The position numbers were made by a program, and so were the translations under genes. From the IMG/VR virus record IMGVR_UViG_3300033552_000004, positions 2,415 through 66,414 of that record: a DNA stretch of 64,000 nt, one strand, 5' to 3'. The stretch comes from a virus. Positions within the stretch are counted from its first letter, which is position 1. Each line of letters opens with the position of its first letter. Under the pieces are notes generated by a model. It did no database searches. It worked only from the letters and a program-made list of their open reading frames with translations, and was not told the DNA's origin. Shown here piece after piece: positions 18,022 through 27,540 of this stretch.

Positions 18022-18266
18022 CGACTGCATACACTGCCGGTAAGTCCTACGCCACTGGAGAGACGCGCTGGCTTTACCCCCAAGACGAGGAGCCACCAAA
18101 AGGCCAGAAGCTGCACATCCTTAACGAAGGTGGCGTTAGCATTCAAGGACTGTGGAAAGAAGACCAGGGTTTTATGGCGTTTCAGCGCATGTTTAAGCGC
18201 GACCACGCCAAGGAAGCAGAGTATAATACGTTCTTACTAATGAGAAAGAAAGCAGGCAAGGTATGA
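18018..18266 (+). CDS. hypothetical protein
   Basis: Overlap-coupled ORF. Confidence 0.55.
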   Translation: MTTAYTAGKSYATGETRWLYPQDEEPPKGQKLHILNEGGVSIQGLWKEDQGFMAFQRMFKRDHAKEAEYNTFLLMRKKAGKV

Positions 18267-18571
18267 GCAAGGTATTTTTGGCAGGCTTTAAGGCTGGCAA
18301 AGGGCGATACGAGCAGTTTGTTGATACGGCTACAGGTGACTCGTTCATTCGGGCCATAGACGCTGAAACGGTCATCTACCGGGTCAATGCTGGTGGCTGG
18401 GCTTACAACCAGCACGGCAGCATTGCTGGACGCTTTGTCAGGATGGACAACGGTAACTACTACTACAGCACTATTGACAAAGACTTGAGATTGAATACCA
18501 AATATTCCGACTTGCTTGAGGCGTGTCGGGACGTCTTTAGTCTGCTACTGTCGCTGGGGCATAAAGAATGA
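18263..18571 (+). CDS. hypothetical protein
   Basis: ATGA-coupled ORF. Confidence 0.6.
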   Translation: MSKVFLAGFKAGKGRYEQFVDTATGDSFIRAIDAETVIYRVNAGGWAYNQHGSIAGRFVRMDNGNYYYSTIDKDLRLNTKYSDLLEACRDVFSLLLSLGHKE

Positions 18572-18849
18572 TTGAAATGAAGTATGTAGTGGTGTCGTCT
18601 AAAGCTGGAGAGCAGATGTTCCTGCTTCCAAGGGCCATTAATCACAAAGACTTTGCGGAAGTATTGAGCTACATCAAGGAAGGTGGAAGTAGGGATTGGA
18701 AGCGGGAGCATAGACTTCCAATTTCCGCAGGGTTTACGGACGGAGTGATGTGCTACGGAAGCAGCGAGACGCTGACTTTAAAGTCTCGCCTAGAGGATAC
18801 AGCGCTACTGAAAGCTGGCGGGTTCAGGGCTACTAAGGCTTTGGCTTGA
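18568..18849 (+). CDS. hypothetical protein
   Basis: MKY.V...H...SAGF...C.G.S.TL.L.SR..D conserved phage pattern. Confidence 0.65.
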   Translation: MIEMKYVVVSSKAGEQMFLLPRAINHKDFAEVLSYIKEGGSRDWKREHRLPISAGFTDGVMCYGSSETLTLKSRLEDTALLKAGGFRATKALA

Positions 18850-19268
18850 GGCTGGCTGCAAAGCTGCTCATTGCGTTCCTACTACTAGTCCCAATTACAA
18901 TCACCAACGCCAGCTACAGCGGTATGGCGGATAGGCAGTGCCTAGCCACGGCCCTCTACTATGAGGCCCGTGGTGAGCCTCTGGCTGGGCGTAGGGCTGT
19001 GCTGGACACAATTACTAATAGGATGCTAGCCACAGGCAAAGATGCCTGTGGCGTTGTGTTTCAGCACAGGCAGTTTGCATGGACTAACAAGAAGCCGTTG
19101 TTAATTTACAACGATGAGCAGAGAGCCAAGTTGAGTGAAGTTGTAGGGCATCCGAGGGTGCTTGTAGGCAGCAACTATAAATACTTCTACAGCGGCCCAC
19201 CCCCAGTGTGGGCTGACAGCATGTCGTGCAGGAGAATAAAAAATCAGAACTTTTGTGAAGGAAAATAA
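18846..19268 (+). CDS. SleB-like cell wall hydrolase
   Basis: Signal/TM segment then CLA.ALYYEARGE...AV....NR...C.VV.Q..QF.W. Confidence 0.85.
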   Translation: MRLAAKLLIAFLLLVPITITNASYSGMADRQCLATALYYEARGEPLAGRRAVLDTITNRMLATGKDACGVVFQHRQFAWTNKKPLLIYNDEQRAKLSEVVGHPRVLVGSNYKYFYSGPPPVWADSMSCRRIKNQNFCEGK

Positions 19269-19847
19269 ATGGATGAAGCACAGACTAAGGTGAAGGCATG
19301 GAGGGAATATTTCTACTACGACGCCACTAGCGCTACAGGTCTACGTTGGAACACAGAGATACGGAGCGGCGTGTACAGCATTCGGGTGATGTGTAGGCCG
19401 GGAGATGTGGCAGGAAGCGTCAAGAGTAACGGGAGGGGTTGTCAAGTTAGCCTTCACGGTGTGAACTACTTTGTTCACAGAATTATCTGGGAGCTTCATC
19501 ATGGTCTGCTAACAGACGATCAAGTAATAGATCACAAGGACGGTAATCCTCAAAATAACCTGTTGGATAATTTGAAGGCGATGACCCAAATCCGCAACAT
19601 GCGGAACCAAAAGAAGTCCTCAAACAACACATCCGGCGCTAACGGGGTAAGCCACATGCATGTCAAAGGCAGCGACTACGCTGTAGCCTCTTGGCGAACA
19701 CTTGAGGGTAAGTTCAAACAGCGGTGCTTTTCTGTTAAGAAGTTTGGCCTTGACGGAGCTTTTCAGCAAGCTATTGCATGTAGGGCAGAAGCCGTCGAGA
19801 AGATGAATGCCAATGGGGCGGGATATTCAAGTCGTCATGGAACATAA
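19269..19847 (+). CDS. free-standing HNH homing endonuclease with AP2-like domain
   Basis: VHRIIW...IDHKDGNPQNN...NL, N.SG..GV, FSVKKFG. Confidence 0.85.
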   Translation: MDEAQTKVKAWREYFYYDATSATGLRWNTEIRSGVYSIRVMCRPGDVAGSVKSNGRGCQVSLHGVNYFVHRIIWELHHGLLTDDQVIDHKDGNPQNNLLDNLKAMTQIRNMRNQKKSSNNTSGANGVSHMHVKGSDYAVASWRTLEGKFKQRCFSVKKFGLDGAFQQAIACRAEAVEKMNANGAGYSSRHGT

Positions 19848-19857
19848 GGAGTAACTA

Positions 19858-20853
19858 ATGGTAGAAGGTAAATCAGGTATTTCGGCAAAAGTGGTTGCTG
19901 ACTCAATCTCAGAAACAGGCATCCGCCTGATGACATTGGAAATTACGTATTGGCGCGGCATTCTTGCAGAACTAAACACACACAGAATGCTGTCAAAGAA
20001 CAGCGCAAGCAGTCGAGCAATCCCTTTCAACAAGATGCAGGAGAACCTTACGGGGCGACCAGTTCGCTTTGGAGAGGCAAACCCCGGTATGCAAGACAAA
20101 GGTGAAGACTTTGACAAACTTATTCAAGGGCGTCCTTTTGAAAACGGTGGCTGCGAGCCTGTTGTATGGGAGGCGCTTGAGCCTGAAGCTGCATGGGAAG
20201 CTGCACGGGCAGATGCCGCGTTTTGGTCGAAAGCCTTTTACGAGGCTGGATACCACAAGCAAGTCTATAACAGAATTGTCGAATCGTCGCAAATGGTCAA
20301 AACAGTAATCTCCGGTACAGAGTGGGAGAATTTCTTCTGGCTCCGCGACGATGGCGCAGCCGACCCGTCCATAGCAGAGTTGGCACGGTGTATGCGCGAA
20401 GCGCGGGATGCCAGCTTGCCGACCTTGCTAAAGGCTGGAGAGTGGCACTTGCCGTATGTCAACTTTGACGAGGTTAAGCGCTGCCACTGGATTGATGCAG
20501 AAGACATGCTACTTGGCAGGTTCTACCTGTGTGAGAATGATGCAATCAAAGTAAGCTGTGCTAGGTCAGCCGCTGTCAGCTTCCGAAATGTGGATTACGG
20601 GCTTGATAAGTGTCGGGAAGTATATGACAGGCTGGTAGGCGACGAGCGAAAACACGCCAGTGCGCTTGAGCATCAGGCAACGCCTATGCACGCAGCAAGC
20701 GTTGAAAGGTTTGTTAACAAGGCGTGTTTCACGGATTCGTGGCAAGAGGGCATATCCCATGCTGACCGTCAAGGTCAGCTTTGGTCAGGCAACTTCCGTG
20801 GCTGGATTCAGCATCGTAAAATGATTGCTGGTGAAAACAAATCGGCGTACTAA
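19858..20853 (+). CDS. thyX: flavin-dependent thymidylate synthase
   Basis: ELNTHR.LSKNSASSRAIP, HKQ..NR, HAS..EHQA. Confidence 0.9.
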   Translation: MVEGKSGISAKVVADSISETGIRLMTLEITYWRGILAELNTHRMLSKNSASSRAIPFNKMQENLTGRPVRFGEANPGMQDKGEDFDKLIQGRPFENGGCEPVVWEALEPEAAWEAARADAAFWSKAFYEAGYHKQVYNRIVESSQMVKTVISGTEWENFFWLRDDGAADPSIAELARCMREARDASLPTLLKAGEWHLPYVNFDEVKRCHWIDAEDMLLGRFYLCENDAIKVSCARSAAVSFRNVDYGLDKCREVYDRLVGDERKHASALEHQATPMHAASVERFVNKACFTDSWQEGISHADRQGQLWSGNFRGWIQHRKMIAGENKSAY

Positions 20854-20919
20854 GTCATCAGTAGCCGTGCTACAATCACGGCTGCAAATCTCATTAATGG
20901 GAAACACACAAGGAGAACT

Positions 20920-21231
20920 ATGAACAAACCAAAAACTTTGCTGCAGCGTGTGCAGAGCCGAATCAGCAAGCGGCGAAATGTAATCCGCGAAATCAATTAC
21001 GAAATTGAAATTATCGAGGACATGCGCGATATGTGCTTCTTGTTCAGCCCTGAACAGAAAGAGGGCTTGCGCGAGTGCCGACTGCTGGCTAAAGTGATGG
21101 GCGAAGACCAACAACTCGACAAACAGATTTTTCAGGTGCTGCTGGAGCAGGAGCGTGACAAGTACGCACTCCACTTCCGTTCCAAGTACCCACCCGTTTT
21201 GCACTTTGTTTCTAAGGAGCTACCACTGTGA
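20920..21231 (+). CDS. hypothetical protein
   Basis: AAGGAG RBS, TGcTACAAT promoter. Confidence 0.65.
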   Translation: MNKPKTLLQRVQSRISKRRNVIREINYEIEIIEDMRDMCFLFSPEQKEGLRECRLLAKVMGEDQQLDKQIFQVLLEQERDKYALHFRSKYPPVLHFVSKELPL

Positions 21232-21385
21232 CAGCAGGCTACACGAAAATCACGCTTGTGTCTTGGCTGACATCCATCCTCACTTTTGCATATACTGATG
21301 GCGGGTTCAGAGTTGCCTTGGGTGCGTGGGGGTTTCTCATAATCACTGCTGTGCTGGCATACCAGGCAGGGCGGGGCGATGATGC

Positions 21386-23221
21386 ATGGAAGTAGAGGAA
21401 GTAGCACGCAAGTACGGCATTGACCTGTCGTATGAGCATACGACAGCCTGCCCGCGCTGCAGGCGTAACGGAAGAGACAACACCGGGAACAATCTTAGAG
21501 TCTACGGGCAGGACAATGGTGCGTTCTGCTGGGCCTGCAATTACACAATTCCGTCTGCCAAACATCGTGAAGAGATGGGCTGGGACGATAACGAAGAAGA
21601 GGAAGATGAAGTTATGACCCGAGAGAAAATCACAGAAGAAGAAGCCGCCCGCATCAAAAGTTACACAGGTACGGCTACTCAAGACTACCGTGGAATACGC
21701 ACCGAGACGAGTAAACCGTTCGGTGTGCGCTACCAGTACGATGAAGAGACTGGTGAGGTTGACAAGATGTTCGTGCCCACTACGATTGAGGGTGAGCATG
21801 TAGGCTACCGCACACGCAAGATTCCAAAAGACTTCTCTAACCCAATCGGCCAGGTTGGTAAAGAGGTGGACATGATTGGCGAGTTTGTGTTCAAGAGCCA
21901 CAACCACACCGTAGTTATCTCTGGTGGCGAGACGAAGATGCTGACTACTTATCAGATGCTGAAAGACGACATGACGAGGCGTGGAAAGACCTATGACGCT
22001 CCAGCCGTCGTATGCTCAACGCTGGGCGAGTCTGGTGCACACAAGCAAATCCAGAGCCGGTACGAGTTCTTTGACAAGTTCCAGAGGATCATTATCTGCA
22101 TGGACAATGACAAGGCTGGCATTGAGGCAACTGCAAAGATTGCCAAGGTGCTACCGAAGGGTCGCGTGTACGTTATGACCATGCGCTACAAGGACGCAGA
22201 CGACTACCTGAAGGCTGGCAAGGAGCGCGAGTTTGTCACTGACTACTGGAATGCAGCAGCCTACACTCCAGCTGGCATTGTAGGCTCTGGAGACTTGCCG
22301 TCGCGTATGAGAGCAGAGCTTGAGCTTGATAAGATAATGTTCCCGCCATTCATGCGTAAGGTGAATGAGATGACTGACGGTGGCCTTCCGCTTGGAAAAA
22401 TATGCAACATTGGTGCAGCCTCTGGCATTGGCAAGACGGTGTATGTCGATACAATCATCTACTACCTTGTGCACCACTCACCGCATCGTGTGGGTGTTGT
22501 GTCGATGGAACTTAACGCAGGTCAGTATGGCATTTCCATGCTGTCGCGGCACATAGGTCGTAAGATCAGCAAGATAGCCGATAAGCAAGAGCGTATTGAT
22601 TTTCTCAACAGCGACAGGGTTAAAGAGCAACAGCAAGAGTTGTTTTTCAAGCCGGATGGTAGCCACCGCTTTCATCTGGTCGATGACCGGGACGGAACGA
22701 TTGACGATCTGAAGGCTGTGGTGGAGCAACTTATAATCAGTTGTGACTGTAAAGTCATTATTCTTGACCCGATTCAAGACATCTTGGACGGTCTGAGTAA
22801 TGAGGCGCAGGCGTTGTTCTTGAAATGGCAGAAAGGGTTGCTTAAAAGCCACAATGTCACGTTCATCAACATCAATCACGTTCGTAAGAGCGGGGGAGGT
22901 GGACAGCAGAACTCATCAGGTGCAATGATTTCAGAGGAAGACTTCGCAGGAAGCTCCACGATTTTCAAGTCTGCAGCAGTGAATATCCTGCTGGTGCGCG
23001 ACAAGATGAACGAAGACCCTATCATGCGTAACACGACGAAGGCTTTCATCAGCAAAAATCGTGATGGTGGCGAGACAGGCCCAGCTGGTGAATACTACTA
23101 CGACAACCTGGAACATAGGCTGTACGACAAGGATGACTGGCTTGCAGGCCAGCCTGTTGTTGACTTTGTTAACCCCGACACGGGCGAAATTGCAACAAAG
23201 AAGTTTAAACCTGAGAAATAA
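21386..23221 (+). CDS. T7 gp4-like primase-helicase
   Basis: Zn ribbon CPRC...CWAC, TOPRIM (DND.AG), Walker A ASGIGKT, ILDP, HVRK, KNR. Confidence 0.92.
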   Translation: MEVEEVARKYGIDLSYEHTTACPRCRRNGRDNTGNNLRVYGQDNGAFCWACNYTIPSAKHREEMGWDDNEEEEDEVMTREKITEEEAARIKSYTGTATQDYRGIRTETSKPFGVRYQYDEETGEVDKMFVPTTIEGEHVGYRTRKIPKDFSNPIGQVGKEVDMIGEFVFKSHNHTVVISGGETKMLTTYQMLKDDMTRRGKTYDAPAVVCSTLGESGAHKQIQSRYEFFDKFQRIIICMDNDKAGIEATAKIAKVLPKGRVYVMTMRYKDADDYLKAGKEREFVTDYWNAAAYTPAGIVGSGDLPSRMRAELELDKIMFPPFMRKVNEMTDGGLPLGKICNIGAASGIGKTVYVDTIIYYLVHHSPHRVGVVSMELNAGQYGISMLSRHIGRKISKIADKQERIDFLNSDRVKEQQQELFFKPDGSHRFHLVDDRDGTIDDLKAVVEQLIISCDCKVIILDPIQDILDGLSNEAQALFLKWQKGLLKSHNVTFININHVRKSGGGGQQNSSGAMISEEDFAGSSTIFKSAAVNILLVRDKMNEDPIMRNTTKAFISKNRDGGETGPAGEYYYDNLEHRLYDKDDWLAGQPVVDFVNPDTGEIATKKFKPEK

Positions 23222-23237
23222 CTTCTCATTAATAAGA

Positions 23238-23261
23238 AATTCCCGCCGAATGGCGGGAATT
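23238..23261 (+). terminator. hairpin after the primase-helicase gene
   Basis: AATTCCCGCC-GAAT-GGCGGGAATT. Confidence 0.6.
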
Positions 23262-23300
23262 TGGCTTACAATTACTTCATCGACAACAAGGAGAGTTTAC

Positions 23301-23714
23301 ATGTTTGGTATTAAGATGCCTTGGACGCGGCGTAAAGAGCGTCTTGCAAAGGAGTTGGCTGACAAGCTAGAGCTTGAAAAGAAAGAGCGGCTTGAGCGTG
23401 AGGCTAGGCTGAAAGAGTGGCCTTGGGTGGCGCGGCAGCCGCTTAGGACGCCTCCACGCCCAGTGAGCAGCTTTCCTACGCATACGAAGACAACACACGT
23501 AAGCGGGTACGAAAGTTCACCACAGGTGAGCAATACCGACACAATGTTGCCCATGCTTACCGGCGTGGTGTTGGCTAACAGCTTCACTGCACCACCAGCT
23601 GCTGTGAGTTATTGTGCACCCAACAGCGGTGCATCCAGCTACACGCCTAGCTATGAAAGCTCGTCGTACAGTAGTGATTCGTCGTCTTCCTGCAGCAGCA
23701 GTAATTTTGATTAA
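23301..23714 (+). CDS. hypothetical protein with Ser-rich tail
   Basis: AAGGAG RBS before ATG 23301. Confidence 0.6.
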   Translation: MFGIKMPWTRRKERLAKELADKLELEKKERLEREARLKEWPWVARQPLRTPPRPVSSFPTHTKTTHVSGYESSPQVSNTDTMLPMLTGVVLANSFTAPPAAVSYCAPNSGASSYTPSYESSSYSSDSSSSCSSSNFD

Positions 23715-23731
23715 TTAACAAGGAGAATTTT

Positions 23732-23980
23732 ATGAACCCAGACAGCACTTCCAAGGTGGATTTTGAGGCGTTCCGCAAAGAGCGCGAGAAGGTGCAGCGG
23801 CAGGCGACGGAGGAGATTGCTAGGCGAGTAGCTGAAGTGCAGCGCCTGATTCTCGAAATCAAAAGCATCACGGATGCCACAGGCGTTACCGTCAGCCTGT
23901 TTGAGATTTACACCGCGCTGAGTAACGCAGGGGGTGGCGCTGAACGTGACAACTGGAACTCTTCGTCAGACGAGTGCTAA
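23732..23980 (+). CDS. hypothetical protein
   Basis: AAGGAG RBS; ends W.SSS..C. Confidence 0.65.
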   Translation: MNPDSTSKVDFEAFRKEREKVQRQATEEIARRVAEVQRLILEIKSITDATGVTVSLFEIYTALSNAGGGAERDNWNSSSDEC

Positions 23981-23999
23981 TTAACAACCGGAGACTGAG

Positions 24000-24887
24000 G
24001 TGATCTTGATAGGTAGTATTGCATTAGCTTTTCATTTGCCACTGAACCGTGAGCCAGCTGACACAGATTACGTTGGAACGTACGACCAGGTAATGACTTA
24101 CGTTAAAGAGTGCGAGGCAAAGGCTTACTACCCCATCAGGAGTGGGCGCAAGATGTACATAAAAGACAGCAGAGGCCGTATCACGGAGGCCGACATTGCA
24201 TGGGCTGACAGTGTGGAAGAGAAGCTGTACAACTTCATTATGGCTGACGCTGGCACGATGCCGTTCATGGGCGGGTATTTTGTGCCGTCCCTCAACTTGC
24301 TCTACATGCTAAAAATGAGCCATCGCTACCTCAAAGATTCGCCTCATTTTCTCAAGACGATGCGTGACATTCAGACGATGCGTGCACATGGGGCAGTGTT
24401 GCAAGTAAACCACACCGAGTTTTACGAGCAGCGTATGAAAGACACGTACGTGTACAACTTGCCGAAGCTGAACGTGTCGAAAGACACGTTCTTTGACGAG
24501 GTGAGTACAGGCGTGGTGTACACATACGACCATGACAGCATCCATGCAGCTGTAAAGCACTTGGACAAACCAGCCTACCAGTATTACTCTGGCGGCGAGG
24601 TGTGGTCGAGCAAGGACAAGTTCTTTGCACAGACCGAAGAGGTGCGGTTGCTGGGTGTGTTGGAGGAGAGTTACGTGCTGGCACTGGAGCGAAGCCTGAT
24701 ACCGTTCCCTGGCGGGAAGACTCCGAAGGGAGCTTTCGACATGGCGCTGATGAAGGTGTGCACAAGCATAACGTCGGGCTGGTTTCGGGAGTTCGCGTGG
24801 GAGAATTACGATGCAGTTCAGGTGCTGTATAGTGACGACTTCGTAGATAAATTTAATGCTGGCGTTGCAAACGGTACAGTGAAATAA
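24000..24887 (+). CDS. phage nucleotidyltransferase-like protein
   Basis: N-terminal IGS.AL...D.D Pol-beta-type motif; LK.SH, YDHDSIH, GWF..F. Confidence 0.6.
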   Translation: MILIGSIALAFHLPLNREPADTDYVGTYDQVMTYVKECEAKAYYPIRSGRKMYIKDSRGRITEADIAWADSVEEKLYNFIMADAGTMPFMGGYFVPSLNLLYMLKMSHRYLKDSPHFLKTMRDIQTMRAHGAVLQVNHTEFYEQRMKDTYVYNLPKLNVSKDTFFDEVSTGVVYTYDHDSIHAAVKHLDKPAYQYYSGGEVWSSKDKFFAQTEEVRLLGVLEESYVLALERSLIPFPGGKTPKGAFDMALMKVCTSITSGWFREFAWENYDAVQVLYSDDFVDKFNAGVANGTVK

Positions 24888-24900
24888 CTTGAGGACTATA

Positions 24901-25218
24901 ATGAACACCCCTTTACACAATAACGCTAGACACGACTTGAACTACTACAGAGAGGTTTTGGCAGTGCTTATCGCTGGAGTAGAACTTCGTCAACGACACG
25001 GGGAGATTGCAGAAGCCCTAAATAGTGTAGGTATTAAATCACCTACAGGTAATGACTGGTCTGCGGAAGCAATCAAACAGTGCCTCAAGAAGTTTCGACA
25101 TAGTAGTATCTACCCCAGCCACATGTACAAGGCAATGCTGCAGCTTGTTTTTGATGGGGAGCTAGAACGTAAGGATGTTCAATGCCTCATCGACAATGAA
25201 AATATCCGAGGAATGTGA
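24901..25218 (+). CDS. stand-alone recombinase-type HTH DNA-binding protein
   Basis: EIAEALN..GIKSPTG..WS...I resembles the serine-recombinase DNA-binding domain; no catalytic domain. Confidence 0.55.
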   Translation: MNTPLHNNARHDLNYYREVLAVLIAGVELRQRHGEIAEALNSVGIKSPTGNDWSAEAIKQCLKKFRHSSIYPSHMYKAMLQLVFDGELERKDVQCLIDNENIRGM

Positions 25219-25583
25219 TGTCTACACACACCACCACTGTGTTCAGGGTCTGTATGCCTTACGTCTTAAATAAAGAGGGCAACGGATGGGTGCTTCTCAA
25301 TCGGGAGTACAAGCCACTAGGTTTTGACCCTAGAAAGTTCGTCAAGTACGAAGAGTTCCCTGTAGTCTTGCCGATCAAAATCACACCAGCAAAACTGAGA
25401 AAGATTTCAGAGGACGGCCTAGGTGATGCGAACGGAGGATTCATCTACTTGTACGGGAAAACCCGACCGTTCGATTGTCAAAAAGCAATGGCTGACTACC
25501 TGAAACGGCTCGACATCCTGTGGCGAGTCGAGGCCGACTACTTAGATGGACACACAAACTGTGTTGATACACGGACATACTAG
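25215..25583 (+). CDS. hypothetical protein
   Basis: PY......W..LNREYKPLG motif. Confidence 0.7.
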   Translation: MMSTHTTTVFRVCMPYVLNKEGNGWVLLNREYKPLGFDPRKFVKYEEFPVVLPIKITPAKLRKISEDGLGDANGGFIYLYGKTRPFDCQKAMADYLKRLDILWRVEADYLDGHTNCVDTRTY

Positions 25584-25657
25584 CTAAAATTAATTCTCAT
25601 TAATAAGAATCTGGTGTACACTTCGTACATCGCAACCAACCAACCGGGAACAACAAA

Positions 25658-27223
25658 ATGACACGTACACCAACCCCACAGCAAGGCTCTTGCATCGAAG
25701 CTATCAAGACTCACCGCATGATTAAGGTTGAGGCTTGCGCCGGAAGTGGCAAGACCAGCACACTGGACATGATGGCACAGGCTACGCCTGTGGCGTCCCT
25801 GTACCTTGGCTTTAACAAAGTCACTGCGACTGAGGCATCTGAAAAGTTTCCAAAGCACGTTACCTGCAAGACTACTCACTCAGTGGCGTACGCAGCTTTT
25901 GGTAGCAAAATACGTGACAAACTCTCCCGTCCGAAGGGACGTTACGTCAACGTGGCAGGCACTGGCTCTGAGGTTGGCAAGTTTTACAAACTCTCGTCAA
26001 TTGAGTTGTCCAAGGACGTCACCGTGTCATCTGCTTACCTTGGCCTGCTTGCGAAGCAAGCTGTGGCCCTGTTTGAGCAGTCATCCGACGACACGCTCAC
26101 GAAGCGCCACCTCCCACGCGGAGAGCTTTTCGACCTTGCAAAGAAGTCTCTGGCAAACATGGATTACACAGAGTCCGTTATTCTTGGCACTGCTCAATCT
26201 ATGTGGAATGACCGCAGCAATGCCCGTAGCCTAGTGTTGGCTACTCACGACACATACTTGAAGATGTACCAGCTGTCTAAGCCCGTGCTGGCAGGGTACG
26301 ATGTGCTGTACGTCGATGAGTTTCAAGACACCACACCTTGCGTGTTGGACATTGTGATGAACCAGTGCAGCCACATGAAGGTTGTGATGGTAGGTGATGC
26401 TCGTCAAGCCATCTACGGCTGGCGAGGCGCTGTCAACGCTATGCAACTGGTGAAGTGCGAGTCCCGCCAGCTGACGAAAAGTTTCCGCTACGGGCAGCGC
26501 ATTGCAGATGTCGCAACGCACGTTTTGGAAGGCGCAATGGTCATTGAAGGCAATTCAAACATCACCTCTGTTGCAGAGTTTGATTGCGTCAATCGTAGTC
26601 TGCCTTACACCCGGCTGTTTCGGACAAATTCTGGCCTGCTGACAGCAGCTGTGCTGGAGATTCAGCAGGGCACCAAAGTAGCTATTGAAGTTGACGTCAA
26701 GGATTTCGTTAAGCTGATGCAAAGTGCCGTGGCGCTGTCAACTGGTGACAGCAAGAACGTCAAGCATGACAAGCTGCTGCCATACAAGGACTGGGCCGAC
26801 ATGGTGCTTGAGGCCAAGCATGATGCAGAGCTTGGACGTATTGTCAAGGTTGTGAAGGACGGCAAGGTGTCGCAATGGATTGAGGTGCTTTCTGGACATC
26901 TCAATAGTGAGACGCCTGCGGTGACGTTCACCACTGCTCATAAGAGCAAAGGCAGGGAGTTCTCGCAAGTGGTGATTGAAGATGACTTCAAGACCTGTTA
27001 CAATGATGATGGTGAGTGGACGGGCCTGACTGAAGACGAGCAGAATTTGCTGTACGTGGCTGTGACCCGCGCTATCGACAAGCTGGAGTACAACCAGACA
27101 GTTTCTGAGTACCTTGAGCGGGCGCAGAGCCGTGAACGCGAGGTCGGTTTTAATCTGTATGGTGAAGGTGCAAGGGGCTTGATGCGAGATATGCGCGTGG
27201 CAGCACAGGGCGAGTACGCATGA
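25658..27223 (+). CDS. SF1 (UvrD/Rep-like) DNA helicase
   Basis: ACAGSGKT, VDEFQD, VGD..QAIY.WRGA, SFR, T.HKSKG.E, LLYVA.TRA. Confidence 0.92.
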   Translation: MTRTPTPQQGSCIEAIKTHRMIKVEACAGSGKTSTLDMMAQATPVASLYLGFNKVTATEASEKFPKHVTCKTTHSVAYAAFGSKIRDKLSRPKGRYVNVAGTGSEVGKFYKLSSIELSKDVTVSSAYLGLLAKQAVALFEQSSDDTLTKRHLPRGELFDLAKKSLANMDYTESVILGTAQSMWNDRSNARSLVLATHDTYLKMYQLSKPVLAGYDVLYVDEFQDTTPCVLDIVMNQCSHMKVVMVGDARQAIYGWRGAVNAMQLVKCESRQLTKSFRYGQRIADVATHVLEGAMVIEGNSNITSVAEFDCVNRSLPYTRLFRTNSGLLTAAVLEIQQGTKVAIEVDVKDFVKLMQSAVALSTGDSKNVKHDKLLPYKDWADMVLEAKHDAELGRIVKVVKDGKVSQWIEVLSGHLNSETPAVTFTTAHKSKGREFSQVVIEDDFKTCYNDDGEWTGLTEDEQNLLYVAVTRAIDKLEYNQTVSEYLERAQSREREVGFNLYGEGARGLMRDMRVAAQGEYA

Positions 27224-27540
27224 CGTTTTCTCTTTCTGAAGCGCTAAATAGTATGACCAAAGCGGAAAGATATAAGATGGCGTACAACTCCATGCGGGGT
27301 GTATTGCATTTCCGAATAGACCCTGAGGGCCAAGATGAACTCTTCAGCCTGTTCGGTGAGCCAGTAGAGTCTGAATACGCCTACCCCGGAATACTGTTCA
27401 ACACTTATCATTTTGAAGGCAGGGTCTACCTCTGTTCATGGGGAGAACGAGGCCCACCAACACAACCTGACATGATTGAAGAGGTTGTGCCAATGACTAC
27501 TCCAGAGGAGTACAACAAGAGATTGAAGGAGGCAGGATGA
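27220..27540 (+). CDS. hypothetical protein
   Basis: ATGA-coupled on both sides. Confidence 0.65.
   Translation: MTFSLSEALNSMTKAERYKMAYNSMRGVLHFRIDPEGQDELFSLFGEPVESEYAYPGILFNTYHFEGRVYLCSWGERGPPTQPDMIEEVVPMTTPEEYNKRLKEAG

Noticed and set aside
6622-22805. Degenerate palindrome copies at 6622, 12391 and 22792
   Set aside because: Two or more mismatches; could be chance, so excluded from the count
24901-25218. Integrase or evidence of an integrated prophage
   Set aside because: Only a DNA-binding-like domain; no catalytic recombinase, att site or host genes in the window
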